The position numbers and the translations under genes were made by a program. Below the pieces are notes generated by a model that saw only the letters and a program-made list of their open reading frames with translations, made no database searches and had not been told where the DNA came from. DNA of 32,715 nucleotides from an uncultured Rikenellaceae bacterium. Lineage in GTDB: Bacteria > Bacteroidota > Bacteroidia > Bacteroidales > Tenuifilaceae. The stretch's first letter is position 1. Each line of letters opens with the position of its first letter. Below are positions 19,480-31,325 of this stretch, in pieces. The DNA lies in assembly GCA_964527985.1 (NCBI GenBank), contig CAZGQZ010000004.1, positions 3,025-35,739 on the forward strand. The letters are read 5' to 3'.

Positions 19480-21684
19480 ATGGCAAAAAAGAAGAAGAAT
19501 AAGAAAGGCGAAGGGTTTAATAAGAATCTGCTCATCAAGTCGATTATGAGCATTTTCACCTCTAACCCATCACAAAGTTTGAACTACAAGCAGCTAGCAA
19601 AAGAGCTAGGAGCCAAAGATTCAACATCGAAGAGGCTAATAAATGAGGTGCTTTACGAGCTGGCCAATCAAGGGGCTTTGCAAGAAGTTTACCGAGGCAA
19701 GTTTATGCTTACCATGAAAACTGCCGCCATTGAGGGCGTAGTTGAAATGGAACGCGATGGCACCGCTTATGTGGTAACCGATGATAATCAGGAAGTTTTC
19801 GTTTCGGAATATAACCTTAACCATGCTCTTCATGGCGATAGGGTAAAGGTGGCCTTAACGCCAAAGCGACGTAGAAAACGCATGGAAGCCGAGGTGATTG
19901 AGGTTGTCGAGCGTGCTAAGCGAACCTTTGTTGGATTAATTGAGGTTGAGCGCAATTACGCTTTTGTGATAACCGATAACAAGCTAATGCCCTACGATAT
20001 TTTTATACCCAAGGACGGGTTAGGCAAGGCAAAGAACGGCCAAAAGGTTATAGCACAAATAACCGATTGGCCCAAGAACACCAAAAACCCAATGGGTGAA
20101 ATTATTGAGGTAATCGGAAATCCTGGTGTTCACGAGGTTGAAATGCATGCCATACTTGCCGAGTTTGAGCTTCCCTATCGTTTCCCTGAGGAGCTCGATC
20201 GGTTTGCCGAAAAAATTTCAGAAAAAATCACAACGGCTGATGTTAAAGAACGACGCGATTTTAGAGGCGTACCAACCTTTACCATTGATCCAGCCGATGC
20301 AAAAGATTTTGACGATGCCCTTTCGCTTCGCAAAATTGATGACAATACCATTGAGGTTGGTGTGCACATTGCCGATGTTACGCACTACGTAAAACCGGGA
20401 TCGCCAATTGATAGTGAGGCAATTGAACGCGCTACATCTGTTTATCTTGTCGACAGGTGCGTTCCTATGCTGCCCGAAAGGCTTTCAAACTTTATTTGCT
20501 CGCTGCGACCCAATGAGGAAAAACTCTGTTTCTCAGCAGTATTTGAGATGGATCTCAACGGAAACGTACAAAAAGAATGGTTTGGCCGAACGGTTATCCT
20601 ATCGCAACAACGATTTGCCTACGAGGAAGCTCAAAAGATAATTGAAACGGGCAAGGGCGAAATGCAGGACGAAATACTCACCCTTAATGCCATTGCACAA
20701 ATACTCCGTCAGAAAAGGTTAAAGGCCGGGGCAATAAATTTTGACAGGGTTGAGGTTAAGTTCGATCTTGATGAGGCAGGAAAGCCACTTGGCGTTTTCT
20801 TTAAGGAGCAAAAAGAGGCTAATCAGCTTATTGAAGAGTTTATGCTGCTTGCCAACAAAAAGGTTGCTGAGTTTATTGGCATTACAAAGGAAAAGCAACG
20901 GGCAAAGCCCTTTGTTTATCGTATACACGATAAGCCTAACCCCGAAAAGTTCGATACCTTCCGTAGCTTTATCACCCGCTTTGGCTATAATATCGAAGGT
21001 GGAACCGATAAGCAAATTGGCAAATCGCTTAATAAGCTACTGTTGGAGGTTAAAGGGAAAAAAGAGCAAAACCTTATTGAAACGCTTGCCCTAAGGTCGA
21101 TGGCAAAAGCGCGATACTCAGCCAATAACATTGGCCATTACGGTTTAGGGTTTCCGCACTATACGCACTTTACCTCGCCCATTAGGCGTTATCCCGATAT
21201 GATGGTTCATCGGCTTTTGGCGCATTACCTCGATGGAGGTGCTCCTAAAAATGAAGACGAGCTGGAGCGTCTTTGTAAGCACTCAACCGACATGGAGATT
21301 AAGGCAACTGATGCCGAACGCGCATCAATAAAGTATAAGCAGGTTGAGTTTATGTCCGATAAAATTGGGCAACATTTTAGCGGTGTGATAAGCGGGGTAA
21401 CCAGCTTCGGTTTGTTTGTTGAGCTAATCGACTCAAAATGCGAAGGACTTGTTGCAATTCGCGATTTGGATGACGACTACTACGAGTTTGACGAGGATAG
21501 CTACTGCTTGGTTGGAAGGCAAACCGATAAAAAATATCAGCTAGGCGATGAGCTAACCGTTGAGGTGTGGCGAACAAACCTCTCCAAAAAGCAGCTCGAC
21601 TTTAAGCTAATTAATCAGGATGAGCCCAATTTGAATAAAGCCCCAAGGGCAAAGTCAAATTATCGTAAGCCCAAACGACGTTAG
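19480..21684 (+). CDS. rnr: Ribonuclease R
   Basis: TIDPADAKDFDDA catalytic motif, LIEEFMLLAN, YTHFTSPIRRYPD, C-terminal S1 domain and basic tail. Confidence 0.97.
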   Translation: MAKKKKNKKGEGFNKNLLIKSIMSIFTSNPSQSLNYKQLAKELGAKDSTSKRLINEVLYELANQGALQEVYRGKFMLTMKTAAIEGVVEMERDGTAYVVTDDNQEVFVSEYNLNHALHGDRVKVALTPKRRRKRMEAEVIEVVERAKRTFVGLIEVERNYAFVITDNKLMPYDIFIPKDGLGKAKNGQKVIAQITDWPKNTKNPMGEIIEVIGNPGVHEVEMHAILAEFELPYRFPEELDRFAEKISEKITTADVKERRDFRGVPTFTIDPADAKDFDDALSLRKIDDNTIEVGVHIADVTHYVKPGSPIDSEAIERATSVYLVDRCVPMLPERLSNFICSLRPNEEKLCFSAVFEMDLNGNVQKEWFGRTVILSQQRFAYEEAQKIIETGKGEMQDEILTLNAIAQILRQKRLKAGAINFDRVEVKFDLDEAGKPLGVFFKEQKEANQLIEEFMLLANKKVAEFIGITKEKQRAKPFVYRIHDKPNPEKFDTFRSFITRFGYNIEGGTDKQIGKSLNKLLLEVKGKKEQNLIETLALRSMAKARYSANNIGHYGLGFPHYTHFTSPIRRYPDMMVHRLLAHYLDGGAPKNEDELERLCKHSTDMEIKATDAERASIKYKQVEFMSDKIGQHFSGVISGVTSFGLFVELIDSKCEGLVAIRDLDDDYYEFDEDSYCLVGRQTDKKYQLGDELTVEVWRTNLSKKQLDFKLINQDEPNLNKAPRAKSNYRKPKRR

Positions 21685-21772
21685 CAAACTAAACGTTCAG
21701 CCCAGTAAGTAATCAAATATGTTAAACTAAAAATAACTTAACCTAATTGCAATAACATAACAGTATTTAAAG

Positions 21773-24676
21773 ATGAGAACAAAACATTTCCTAATTAGCT
21801 TTTTAAGCGTTTTCTTTTTATTATCAACAAACAGTTACAAAAGCTATTCTGCAGAGGGTGATGAGCATAAGCTCTCAATAACCCAGTACACTCTCGATAA
21901 TGGATTAACCGTTATCCTAAATCAGGATAATTCCCGACCCGAAGTTTTTGGAGTGGTGGCCGTTAGGGCAGGGGGTAAAAATGACCCTTCCGATGCAACC
22001 GGACTTGCACACTACATGGAACATATGCTATTTAAGGGAACACAGGAACTCGGCACAAGAGACTGGGAAAAGGAAAAACCTCATATCGATCGGATTTTTG
22101 AGCTTTACGAACAGCTTGCACAGGCTCCAACCCCCGAGGAGAAAGAGCGGATTCAGCTGTTAATAAACGAAGAGTCGCACAAAGCCTCCGAGTATGCCAT
22201 TCCCAATGAGCTTAGCAATTTAATAAATAGCATGGGCGGTACTCGGTTAAACGCTGGCACTGGCCCCGATTACACAATTTATTACAACAAATTCCCAGCA
22301 AGCCAAATTTATAAGTGGATCGATTTGTACGCTCATAGGTTTTTAAACCCCGTATTCAGGAGTTTTCAGGCCGAACTGGAGGTGGTTTACGAGGAAAAGA
22401 ACATGTATAGCGATCAGTTTCAATCGCGCCTATTTGAAGAGTTTCAGAAGTATTTCTTTAAGAATCACCCATACGGGCAGCAGCCGCTCATTGGAACAAT
22501 TGAGCACCTGAAAAATCCATCGCTAAAGCGCATGTTCGAGTTTTACCAAAACTACTATGTTGCCAATAACATGGTGCTTGTGTTAGCTGGCGATTTTAAT
22601 CCCGATGAGGTAAAACCTCTTATAGAAGAGAAATTTGGCGTTTGGCCTACAGCCGAGGTGCCCGAGCAAAAGGTTTATAGCGAAGAGCCCTTTAATGGAC
22701 GTGAGCTAATAGAGGCAAGGCTTAGCCCAATTAAACTTGGGCTAGTTGGCTACCGAACCATAACCCAAAGCCACGAAGATTACATTCCATTGGAGGTTGC
22801 CATGTCGTTGCTTAATAATCAGAACCAGACTGGCTTACTCGATAAGCTGATGATTGACGGAAAGGTTTTAGCGGCTCAAATGCTCGCGTTACCCTACAAC
22901 GACCATGGCGCCGGAATAGTGCTATTTGTACCCAAAATTGTAGGACAAAAGCTTCCCGAGGCTGAAGAACTTGTGCTAAACGAAGTTAAGCGCTTGGCCA
23001 AAGGCGATTTTGAGGATTGGATGATTGAGGCCGTTAAACAGCGCATGTATATCGATCATCAAAAATCACTTGAAAGCATCGAAAACCGGGCAACCATGCT
23101 TGCCGGAGCCTACACTTCAGGGCAGGATATCGATGACATCCTCGATTACCCTAACAAAGTTATGGCGGTTACAAAAGAGGATATTATAAGAGTTGCTGGC
23201 AAGTATTTCGGTGAAAACTATTTGGTGCTTCACTCCAAAATGGGATTCCCTAAAAAGGAGAAGATTGAGAAACCTGGATTTAAGCCCCTACAAGCGAATA
23301 CAAATGCAAAGTCGGATTATGCAAAGCATTTCGAAACACTCCCATCTCGTCGTGCTCACATTATTCCAATTGACTTTAGTAAAGATATTACAACCCAGAA
23401 AATATCTAACGGAGTTAGCCTAAAGCATGTAAACAATAGCGTTAACGATATTTTCACTATGCTAATTAAGTATGAGGTTGGTAATCATCATATCGATATG
23501 CTTGAGTATGCAACCATGCTTATGGATATGGCTGGAACAGCCAACAAAAAGGTAGATGAGGTAAAAAAGGCGTTTGCAAAAATTGGTTGCTCGTATAGCA
23601 TTTGGAGCGACGATAGCTATACCTTTGTTGAGGTTGAAGGAATTGAAGAGAACCTTCCCCTGGCCATTGAGCTTTTAAACGAGTTGCTAACCGTGCCAGT
23701 AATCGATCAGGATAAGGTAAAAATTGTTTACGACAATGAGAAAACTGGCAGAAAGATTGAACGTTCGGAGCCCGATAATGTGGCCTCAGCACTTTTCGAT
23801 TATATGCTATACGCCGAAAAATCGAAGAGCCTTGATAGGTTAACCCTAAAGGAGGTAAAAAAACTTAATGCCGATGATTTAACCAGTGCATTTGTTAAAG
23901 CTACGCAGCATACGGCTAGCATTCACTATGTGGGTAAGCTAAACCCCGAAATGGTGCAAACGCTTATTAGCACAGGGCTTACCTTTGCTCCCGCTCCATT
24001 AGAGGTGGAAACTCCTGTGGTTATGCCAACACGTGAGTTTGCCGAAAACTCCATATACTTTGTAAATAAGAAGAAAGCTCGTCAGAGTAAAATTTTCCTA
24101 TTTGCTAATGGCGATAGCTACGATAAGTCAATCGATCCATACATGAATGCGTTTAACGAGTACTTTGGAGGAGGTTTCTCTGGCTTGGTTCTACAGGAAA
24201 TTCGTGAGTACCGTTCGCTTGCATATGGAGCAGGAGGTGGATTCCGTAAGCCTGCTGTAAAGGGTAAGCCATTCTCGTTTAGGGGTTATCTCTCAACTCA
24301 GGCAGATAAATCGCTCATTGCCATCGAAACGTACGATAGCCTGATAAGAGTTATGCCCCAAAAGCCCGAACGAATGGATATGATTAAGGACTATTTGGTA
24401 CTGTCAGCCGAAACGAATCGCCCCAATTTCCGAAACCTAAGCCAAACTGTTGACTACTGGAAACGAGTTGGCTACAATACCGATCCGTTTTTAACCCTTC
24501 AGCCAGCATACAATGAGCTTACTTGGGAAAATCTAATCGATTTTTACAATAAGCATATGGCTACTAAGCCAGTGGCCATTGCAATAGTTGGCGACAAGCG
24601 GAAAATCGATTTAAAGGAGCTAAGCAAATACGGTACGATTATTAAGGTTAAGGAGAGGGCACTCTTCTCAAAGTAA
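21773..24676 (+). CDS. M16-family (insulinase/pitrilysin-like) zinc peptidase with signal peptide
   Basis: TGLAHYMEHMLFKGT (inverted HxxEH), LE.VYEEKN, HPYG...IG, and C-terminal QEIRE.RSLAY. Confidence 0.93.
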   Translation: MRTKHFLISFLSVFFLLSTNSYKSYSAEGDEHKLSITQYTLDNGLTVILNQDNSRPEVFGVVAVRAGGKNDPSDATGLAHYMEHMLFKGTQELGTRDWEKEKPHIDRIFELYEQLAQAPTPEEKERIQLLINEESHKASEYAIPNELSNLINSMGGTRLNAGTGPDYTIYYNKFPASQIYKWIDLYAHRFLNPVFRSFQAELEVVYEEKNMYSDQFQSRLFEEFQKYFFKNHPYGQQPLIGTIEHLKNPSLKRMFEFYQNYYVANNMVLVLAGDFNPDEVKPLIEEKFGVWPTAEVPEQKVYSEEPFNGRELIEARLSPIKLGLVGYRTITQSHEDYIPLEVAMSLLNNQNQTGLLDKLMIDGKVLAAQMLALPYNDHGAGIVLFVPKIVGQKLPEAEELVLNEVKRLAKGDFEDWMIEAVKQRMYIDHQKSLESIENRATMLAGAYTSGQDIDDILDYPNKVMAVTKEDIIRVAGKYFGENYLVLHSKMGFPKKEKIEKPGFKPLQANTNAKSDYAKHFETLPSRRAHIIPIDFSKDITTQKISNGVSLKHVNNSVNDIFTMLIKYEVGNHHIDMLEYATMLMDMAGTANKKVDEVKKAFAKIGCSYSIWSDDSYTFVEVEGIEENLPLAIELLNELLTVPVIDQDKVKIVYDNEKTGRKIERSEPDNVASALFDYMLYAEKSKSLDRLTLKEVKKLNADDLTSAFVKATQHTASIHYVGKLNPEMVQTLISTGLTFAPAPLEVETPVVMPTREFAENSIYFVNKKKARQSKIFLFANGDSYDKSIDPYMNAFNEYFGGGFSGLVLQEIREYRSLAYGAGGGFRKPAVKGKPFSFRGYLSTQADKSLIAIETYDSLIRVMPQKPERMDMIKDYLVLSAETNRPNFRNLSQTVDYWKRVGYNTDPFLTLQPAYNELTWENLIDFYNKHMATKPVAIAIVGDKRKIDLKELSKYGTIIKVKERALFSK

Positions 24677-24708
24677 TGTATTTATAAATACAAGTTCGAG
24701 TATAATAT

Positions 24709-24745
24709 AAAAAAGGGAGCACGTTTTTTCGTGCTCCCTTTTTTT
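24709..24745. terminator. Bidirectional intrinsic terminator
   Basis: A6-GGGAGCACG-T6-CGTGCTCCC-T7 between convergent genes. Confidence 0.9.
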
Positions 24746-24765
24746 AAAGTGGGTAATTCAAATCT

Positions 24766-25269
24766 TTATTCTACAACAAGCTTAAGCACTTTGTTTAGCT
24801 TGTTACCCGAGCTAATGCTAACGATATAAAGCCCCGACTTAAGCGATGAAATATTAAGCGGATGAATATGCGATAGGTTAGCAGGTGTAAACTTATTATG
24901 CATTACTGTTCGACCAGTAATATCCATGACGGTAAGGGTTACCTCAGAAATTGCAGGCAACGAAATGTCAATGTTAGTGAAACTTTCGGCTGGGTTTGGA
25001 TACATTTTTACATTGAATCCGCTAGTAGGATCAACTGGAACACTTGTTACGCTATAACTGCCCTGCTGAAACCCTGAGGTTACCATTATACCTGCTGTTT
25101 CGTTTACCCATGTTTCAATCACAGGCTCGCCTAATGTCCAGCTAATGCTAAAGTTTGATGCTGTATGGTAGCCACCAGCTGTTGCAACTACCTCAAGTAT
25201 GCTGGTTGTTTGTCCAAAGCTTAGCGAAGTGGCTAATGCTAGAGATGCTATGAGTATTAATTTTTTCAT
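24766..25269 (-). CDS. Small secreted protein with T9SS type A CTD
   Basis: Start re-called to ATG 25269 (MKKLILIASLALATSLSFG-Q). A ~60-aa EVVATAGG...SISWTLGEPVIET...SGFQQ module is followed by MYPNP...MDITGR...LNISSLKSGLYIV...KLVVE. Confidence 0.9.
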   Translation of the reverse strand: MKKLILIASLALATSLSFGQTTSILEVVATAGGYHTASNFSISWTLGEPVIETWVNETAGIMVTSGFQQGSYSVTSVPVDPTSGFNVKMYPNPAESFTNIDISLPAISEVTLTVMDITGRTVMHNKFTPANLSHIHPLNISSLKSGLYIVSISSGNKLNKVLKLVVE

Positions 25270-25470
25270 AATCAATGTATTGTAGGTTATTCTATCTGGT
25301 GTTTTCCTTGAGCAAGTTACTGCAAATTATTCCAAACTCGAGGATATTTTTATAAAAATAATACATTTGTGAAATTGAAGTCAACTTTTACGATTCTTTT
25401 TTTGCAACTTTTACACTAAAGTATACATAAAGTTGTTATAAGTTACATTTTTAACTATAAGATTATTAGC

Positions 25471-26181
25471 ATGATTAATTTAAAAGGGAAAGTTAAGGAG
25501 CTAAACGAGACACTACATGGAAAATCGCCCACTGAGGTAATATCGCATTGTTTAAATTTGTTTAATAATAAAATTGCCCTATCAACAAGCATGGGTATTG
25601 AGGATCAGGTGCTAACCCAAATGCTGGCTTCCATAAATAAAGATGCAAATATCTTTACCCTCGATACAGGAAGGCTTTTTCCCGAAACATACGATTTAAT
25701 TGAGAGAACGAGCAGTAAGTATGGAATAAACATTAAGGTGTACTTCCCTAACAGCACCGAGGTTGAAGAGATGGTTAACAAAAAGGGGATAAACCTTTTT
25801 TACTATAGCGTTGAGAACAGGAAAGAGTGTTGTGGAAATCGTAAAATTAAGCCTTTGCAAAGAGCTTTTGTCAACCTCGACGCATGGATTTGCGGCCTTA
25901 GGCGCGACCAGTCGGTTACTCGTGCCGATATGCAGCTGGTTGAGTGGGATGAGAACAATGGTCTAATTAAAATTAATCCGTTAATCGATTGGACCGAGGA
26001 AGAGGTTTGGAGTTATGCTCGCGAGCATGGTATTCCTTACAATGTGCTTCACGACAAAGGTTTCCCAAGTATTGGATGCCAACCTTGTACACGTGCAATT
26101 GAACCCGGTGAAGATGTTCGAGCAGGACGATGGTGGTGGGAAAACCCAGATACAAAAGAGTGCGGGTTGCACAAAAGGTAG
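25471..26181 (+). CDS. cysH: CysH-family reductase, 4Fe-4S APS-reductase type
   Basis: Motifs LDTGRLFPETY, ECC..RK..PL, GLRR.Q, SIGCQPCT, R.GRW and terminal ECGLH. The CC plus CxxC motifs indicate the cluster-binding APS-reducing subtype. Confidence 0.93.
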   Translation: MINLKGKVKELNETLHGKSPTEVISHCLNLFNNKIALSTSMGIEDQVLTQMLASINKDANIFTLDTGRLFPETYDLIERTSSKYGINIKVYFPNSTEVEEMVNKKGINLFYYSVENRKECCGNRKIKPLQRAFVNLDAWICGLRRDQSVTRADMQLVEWDENNGLIKINPLIDWTEEEVWSYAREHGIPYNVLHDKGFPSIGCQPCTRAIEPGEDVRAGRWWWENPDTKECGLHKR

Positions 26182-26245
26182 TGTTGCTTGATCTTTTGCC
26201 CTATTATTAAGGTTTAAATTACTAATGGGTTATCTTCGTTTGTAT

Positions 26246-26301
26246 TTAGCTATCGAGATTACCAATTGTAGAGTTTTGGTAATCTCGATAGCTAATTTTT
26301 T
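26246..26301. terminator. Perfect 20-bp inverted repeat with T-tract between convergent cysH and katG
   Basis: TTAGCTATCGAGATTACCAA-N10-TTGGTAATCTCGATAGCTAA followed by T6 on the plus strand. Confidence 0.65.
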
Positions 26302-26318
26302 CATTAAAGAATTATTGG

Positions 26319-28643
<2,325 letters not shown>

Positions 28644-28713
28644 TTATAAATGGAAGGAGTGAGGCTATTTGAGTATGCCTAGAAAAAGAGAACTTTTATT
28701 TGAATTTGGCTAT

Positions 28714-28743
28714 AAAAAAAGACCCCTTGTAAAACAAGGAGTC
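28714..28743 (-). terminator. Intrinsic terminator after tRNA-Cys
   Basis: Minus strand GACTCCTTGT-TTT-ACAAGGGGTC-T7, 12 nt downstream of the tRNA. Confidence 0.85.
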
Positions 28744-28755
28744 TAACATTGGTTG

Positions 28756-28826
28756 AGGTCTCGAGCGGATTCGAACCGCTGTACGTGGTTTTGCAGACCA
28801 CTGCCTAGCCACTCGGCCACGAGACC
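28756..28826 (-). tRNA. tRNA-Cys(GCA), CCA not encoded
   Basis: Acceptor stem GGTCTCG/CGAGACC, D arm TGGCCGAGTGGCTAGGC, anticodon arm GTGGT-CT-GCA-AA-ACCAC, T arm AGCGG-TTCGAAT-CCGCT, U73 discriminator followed by CAA. Confidence 0.97.
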
Positions 28827-28844
28827 ATTTGTGGTTTGTGGGGG

Positions 28845-28873
28845 CAAAGATACAAAAAAATCAATAACGCAAA
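28845..28873 (-). promoter_or_regulatory. Sigma-A promoter of tRNA-Cys
   Basis: -7 element TATCTTTG (28852-28845), with a TTTG at 28873-28870 separated by a 17-nt spacer. Confidence 0.65.
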
Positions 28874-28879
28874 ACCTCT

Positions 28880-29101
28880 TTAGCTAAAATGAAGCGGCCT
28901 TTTGTTATGGCTCTTAGTGATGGTGGTTGCAAAGGACTGTAAGCAATCGGGGCAAAGGCATCCGCTATAATTGGTTGCCAACTCTTTTAGCGTTTCGTTT
29001 GTTAGCGTGTACTCTTTACACCAACAGGTTTTGTTCGAGTCGCAATAGCAATCGAATATTGAGCCGCATTTTGGACAGCGCTTAAAGCGAATTATTCCCA
29101 T
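28880..29101 (-). CDS. Cysteine-rich CWC family protein
   Basis: 73 aa with CPKCG..F.C......CWC...CLC..CL. Its start overlaps the folB stop (TAATG). Confidence 0.85.
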   Translation of the reverse strand: MGIIRFKRCPKCGSIFDCYCDSNKTCWCKEYTLTNETLKELATNYSGCLCPDCLQSFATTITKSHNKRPLHFS

Positions 29102-29457
29102 TATCGTTTGCGCGATAGCGTAACGCTAACTCTATCCATTTTTCCGCCCATAGGTGGGTTAAGCTTCGATACTTTCACCCATGCTTCCTCAAGGAGAGGG
29201 AGGTTACTGAATAGCGAATTTAGTATCCGTTCGCAAACGTGCTCAAGCAGATGCGAGGGAATACCCATTTGGTCTTTAATCAGATTGTAGGCATGCTGGT
29301 AGTTTAGCGCATCGGTAATTTTATCGGTTTTGGAGGCAACCATTGACGAAGTGCTAAGCTTTACGTTTACCACAAAATGATTACCAACAACCTGCTCTTC
29401 GCGATAACAGCCGTGGTAGCCAAAAAACTCTAGATTTTCAAGTTCAATCGAAGTCAT
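29101..29457 (-). CDS. folB: Dihydroneopterin aldolase
   Basis: Motifs F.GYHGC..EE...GN.F.V, D.I.DALNY, LLEH...RI, V.K.NPPMGG. Confidence 0.95.
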   Translation of the reverse strand: MTSIELENLEFFGYHGCYREEQVVGNHFVVNVKLSTSSMVASKTDKITDALNYQHAYNLIKDQMGIPSHLLEHVCERILNSLFSNLPLLEEAWVKVSKLNPPMGGKMDRVSVTLSRKR

Positions 29458-29597
29458 TTTTTTGTTATTATTTATTGAGCAAAAAAAGTGATTTTATTTT
29501 AATTGTACGGCAAAATAGGGGTAATTATACAACACCTAAAACCAAAAATCGGCCACAAAAAAATGGGTTATAAATCAAAATATTAGCCGCAAATTCA

Positions 29598-29605
29598 TAA
29601 TTTTG
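29598..29605 (+). promoter_or_regulatory. -7 element TAATTTTG of glnS
   Basis: Matches TAnnTTTG, 25 nt upstream of ATG 29631. Confidence 0.55.
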
Positions 29606-29630
29606 CCGATCTGAACTTAAAGCAAAGCAA

Positions 29631-31325
29631 ATGGAAAAGGAGAACATTAACATTACCCCATCCGATGATAAGGCTCGCAATTTTCTTGAGGAGATTATAG
29701 AGAAGGATATTAAAAGCGGAAAGCACGAAGGGCGCGTTTTAACCCGTTTCCCTCCGGAGCCAAATGGGTATCTGCACATTGGTCATGCAAAATCTATTTG
29801 CTTAAACTTTGGGCTTGCCAAAAAGTATGGAGGAAAAACTAACCTAAGGTTCGACGATACAAATCCAACCAAAGAGGATGTTGAATATGTAGATTCAATT
29901 AAAGAAGATATAAAGTGGCTTGGCTTTCAGTGGGCCGATGAGCTTTACGCATCCGATTATTTTGAGCAGCTCTATGCCTGGGCTCAAAAGCTAATTGAGA
30001 TGGGACTGGCCTATGTTGATGATCAAACGCAGGAAGAAATTCGCCTTGGAAGGGGCACGGTTACTCAGCCAGGAAAGGAGAGTCCCTACCGAAATCGAAG
30101 TGCTGAAGAGAATCTGGATTTGTTTGCCCGTATGCGTGCTGGTGAGTTCGCTGATGGGAGCAGGGTACTAAGGGCCAAGATAGATATGGCACACCCCAAT
30201 ATGCTAATGCGCGACCCCATACTTTATCGAATAATTCATGCTCATCACCACCGAACAGGCGACAGCTGGTGTATTTACCCAATGTACGACTATGCCCATG
30301 GGCAAAGCGATTCCATTGAAAAGATTACCCACTCCATTTGTACGCTCGAATTTGATGTGCACCGCCCATTATACGATTGGTTTATTGAGAAGCTGGAGAT
30401 TTTCCCTTCGAAGCAGTATGAGTTTGCCCGTTTAAACCTAACCTATACGGTTATGAGCAAGCGTAAGCTTTTACAGCTTGTGCAAGAGGGTTTTGTTAGT
30501 GGATGGGACGATCCGCGCATGCCAACTATTTGTGGCCTAAGGCGCAGGGGCTACACGCCTGAATCGGTTAGAACTTTTGCCGAAAGGGTTGGTGTTGCTA
30601 AGCGCGATAACGTTATCGACCTATCGCTTTTGGAGTTTTGCGTTCGCGAGGATTTGAACAAAAAGGCGCAGCGCCGAATGGCTGTGCTTAATCCAATAAA
30701 AGTAGTTATCACAAATTATCCTGAAGATAAGGTTGAGGAGATAAATGCCGTAAATAATCCCGAAGATGAAACCGCTGGTAAGAGGGCAATACCTTTTAGC
30801 CGAGAGGTTTACATAGAGCGTGACGATTTTATGGAGGATCCACCCAAAAAGTTTTTCCGCTTAAAACCCGACGGCGAGGTGCGTCTGCGTTATGCATATC
30901 TTATAAAATGCAACGAGGTTATTAAGGATGATAATGGTGAGGTTGTAGAGCTGCGTTGCACCTACGATCCTGAGTCGGCTGGTGGAACATCATCCGATGG
31001 CCGCAAGGTGAAGGGTGTAATTCATTGGGTTTCGGCCAAGCACGCTGTGCCTGCCGAGGTTCGTCTTTTCGACCGCTTGTTCCAGAACGAGGATCCTGAC
31101 GATGTACCCGAGGGAACCGACTGGAAAACTGGTTTGAATCCCGAGTCGCTTAAAGTTGTTAAAGGATATGTTGAGCCAGCATTGCATAATGCAGAACCAT
31201 TAGATAGATTTCAGTTTGAGCGTTTGGGCTACTTTAGCGTCGATTACGACAGTAAACCCAATGGCCTTGTGTTTAACCGCACGGCAACGCTTAAGGATAC
31301 TTGGGCTAAGATATCTGCAAAGTAA
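29631..31325 (+). CDS. glnS: Glutamine--tRNA ligase
   Basis: [17 protein letters not shown] (HIGH), VMSKRKL (KMSKS equivalent), [18 protein letters not shown]. Confidence 0.97.
   Translation: MEKENINITPSDDKARNFLEEIIEKDIKSGKHEGRVLTRFPPEPNGYLHIGHAKSICLNFGLAKKYGGKTNLRFDDTNPTKEDVEYVDSIKEDIKWLGFQWADELYASDYFEQLYAWAQKLIEMGLAYVDDQTQEEIRLGRGTVTQPGKESPYRNRSAEENLDLFARMRAGEFADGSRVLRAKIDMAHPNMLMRDPILYRIIHAHHHRTGDSWCIYPMYDYAHGQSDSIEKITHSICTLEFDVHRPLYDWFIEKLEIFPSKQYEFARLNLTYTVMSKRKLLQLVQEGFVSGWDDPRMPTICGLRRRGYTPESVRTFAERVGVAKRDNVIDLSLLEFCVREDLNKKAQRRMAVLNPIKVVITNYPEDKVEEINAVNNPEDETAGKRAIPFSREVYIERDDFMEDPPKKFFRLKPDGEVRLRYAYLIKCNEVIKDDNGEVVELRCTYDPESAGGTSSDGRKVKGVIHWVSAKHAVPAEVRLFDRLFQNEDPDDVPEGTDWKTGLNPESLKVVKGYVEPALHNAEPLDRFQFERLGYFSVDYDSKPNGLVFNRTATLKDTWAKISAK

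Noticed and set aside
29525-29779. 84-aa minus-strand ORF
   Set aside because: Antisense to the glnS start and promoter.
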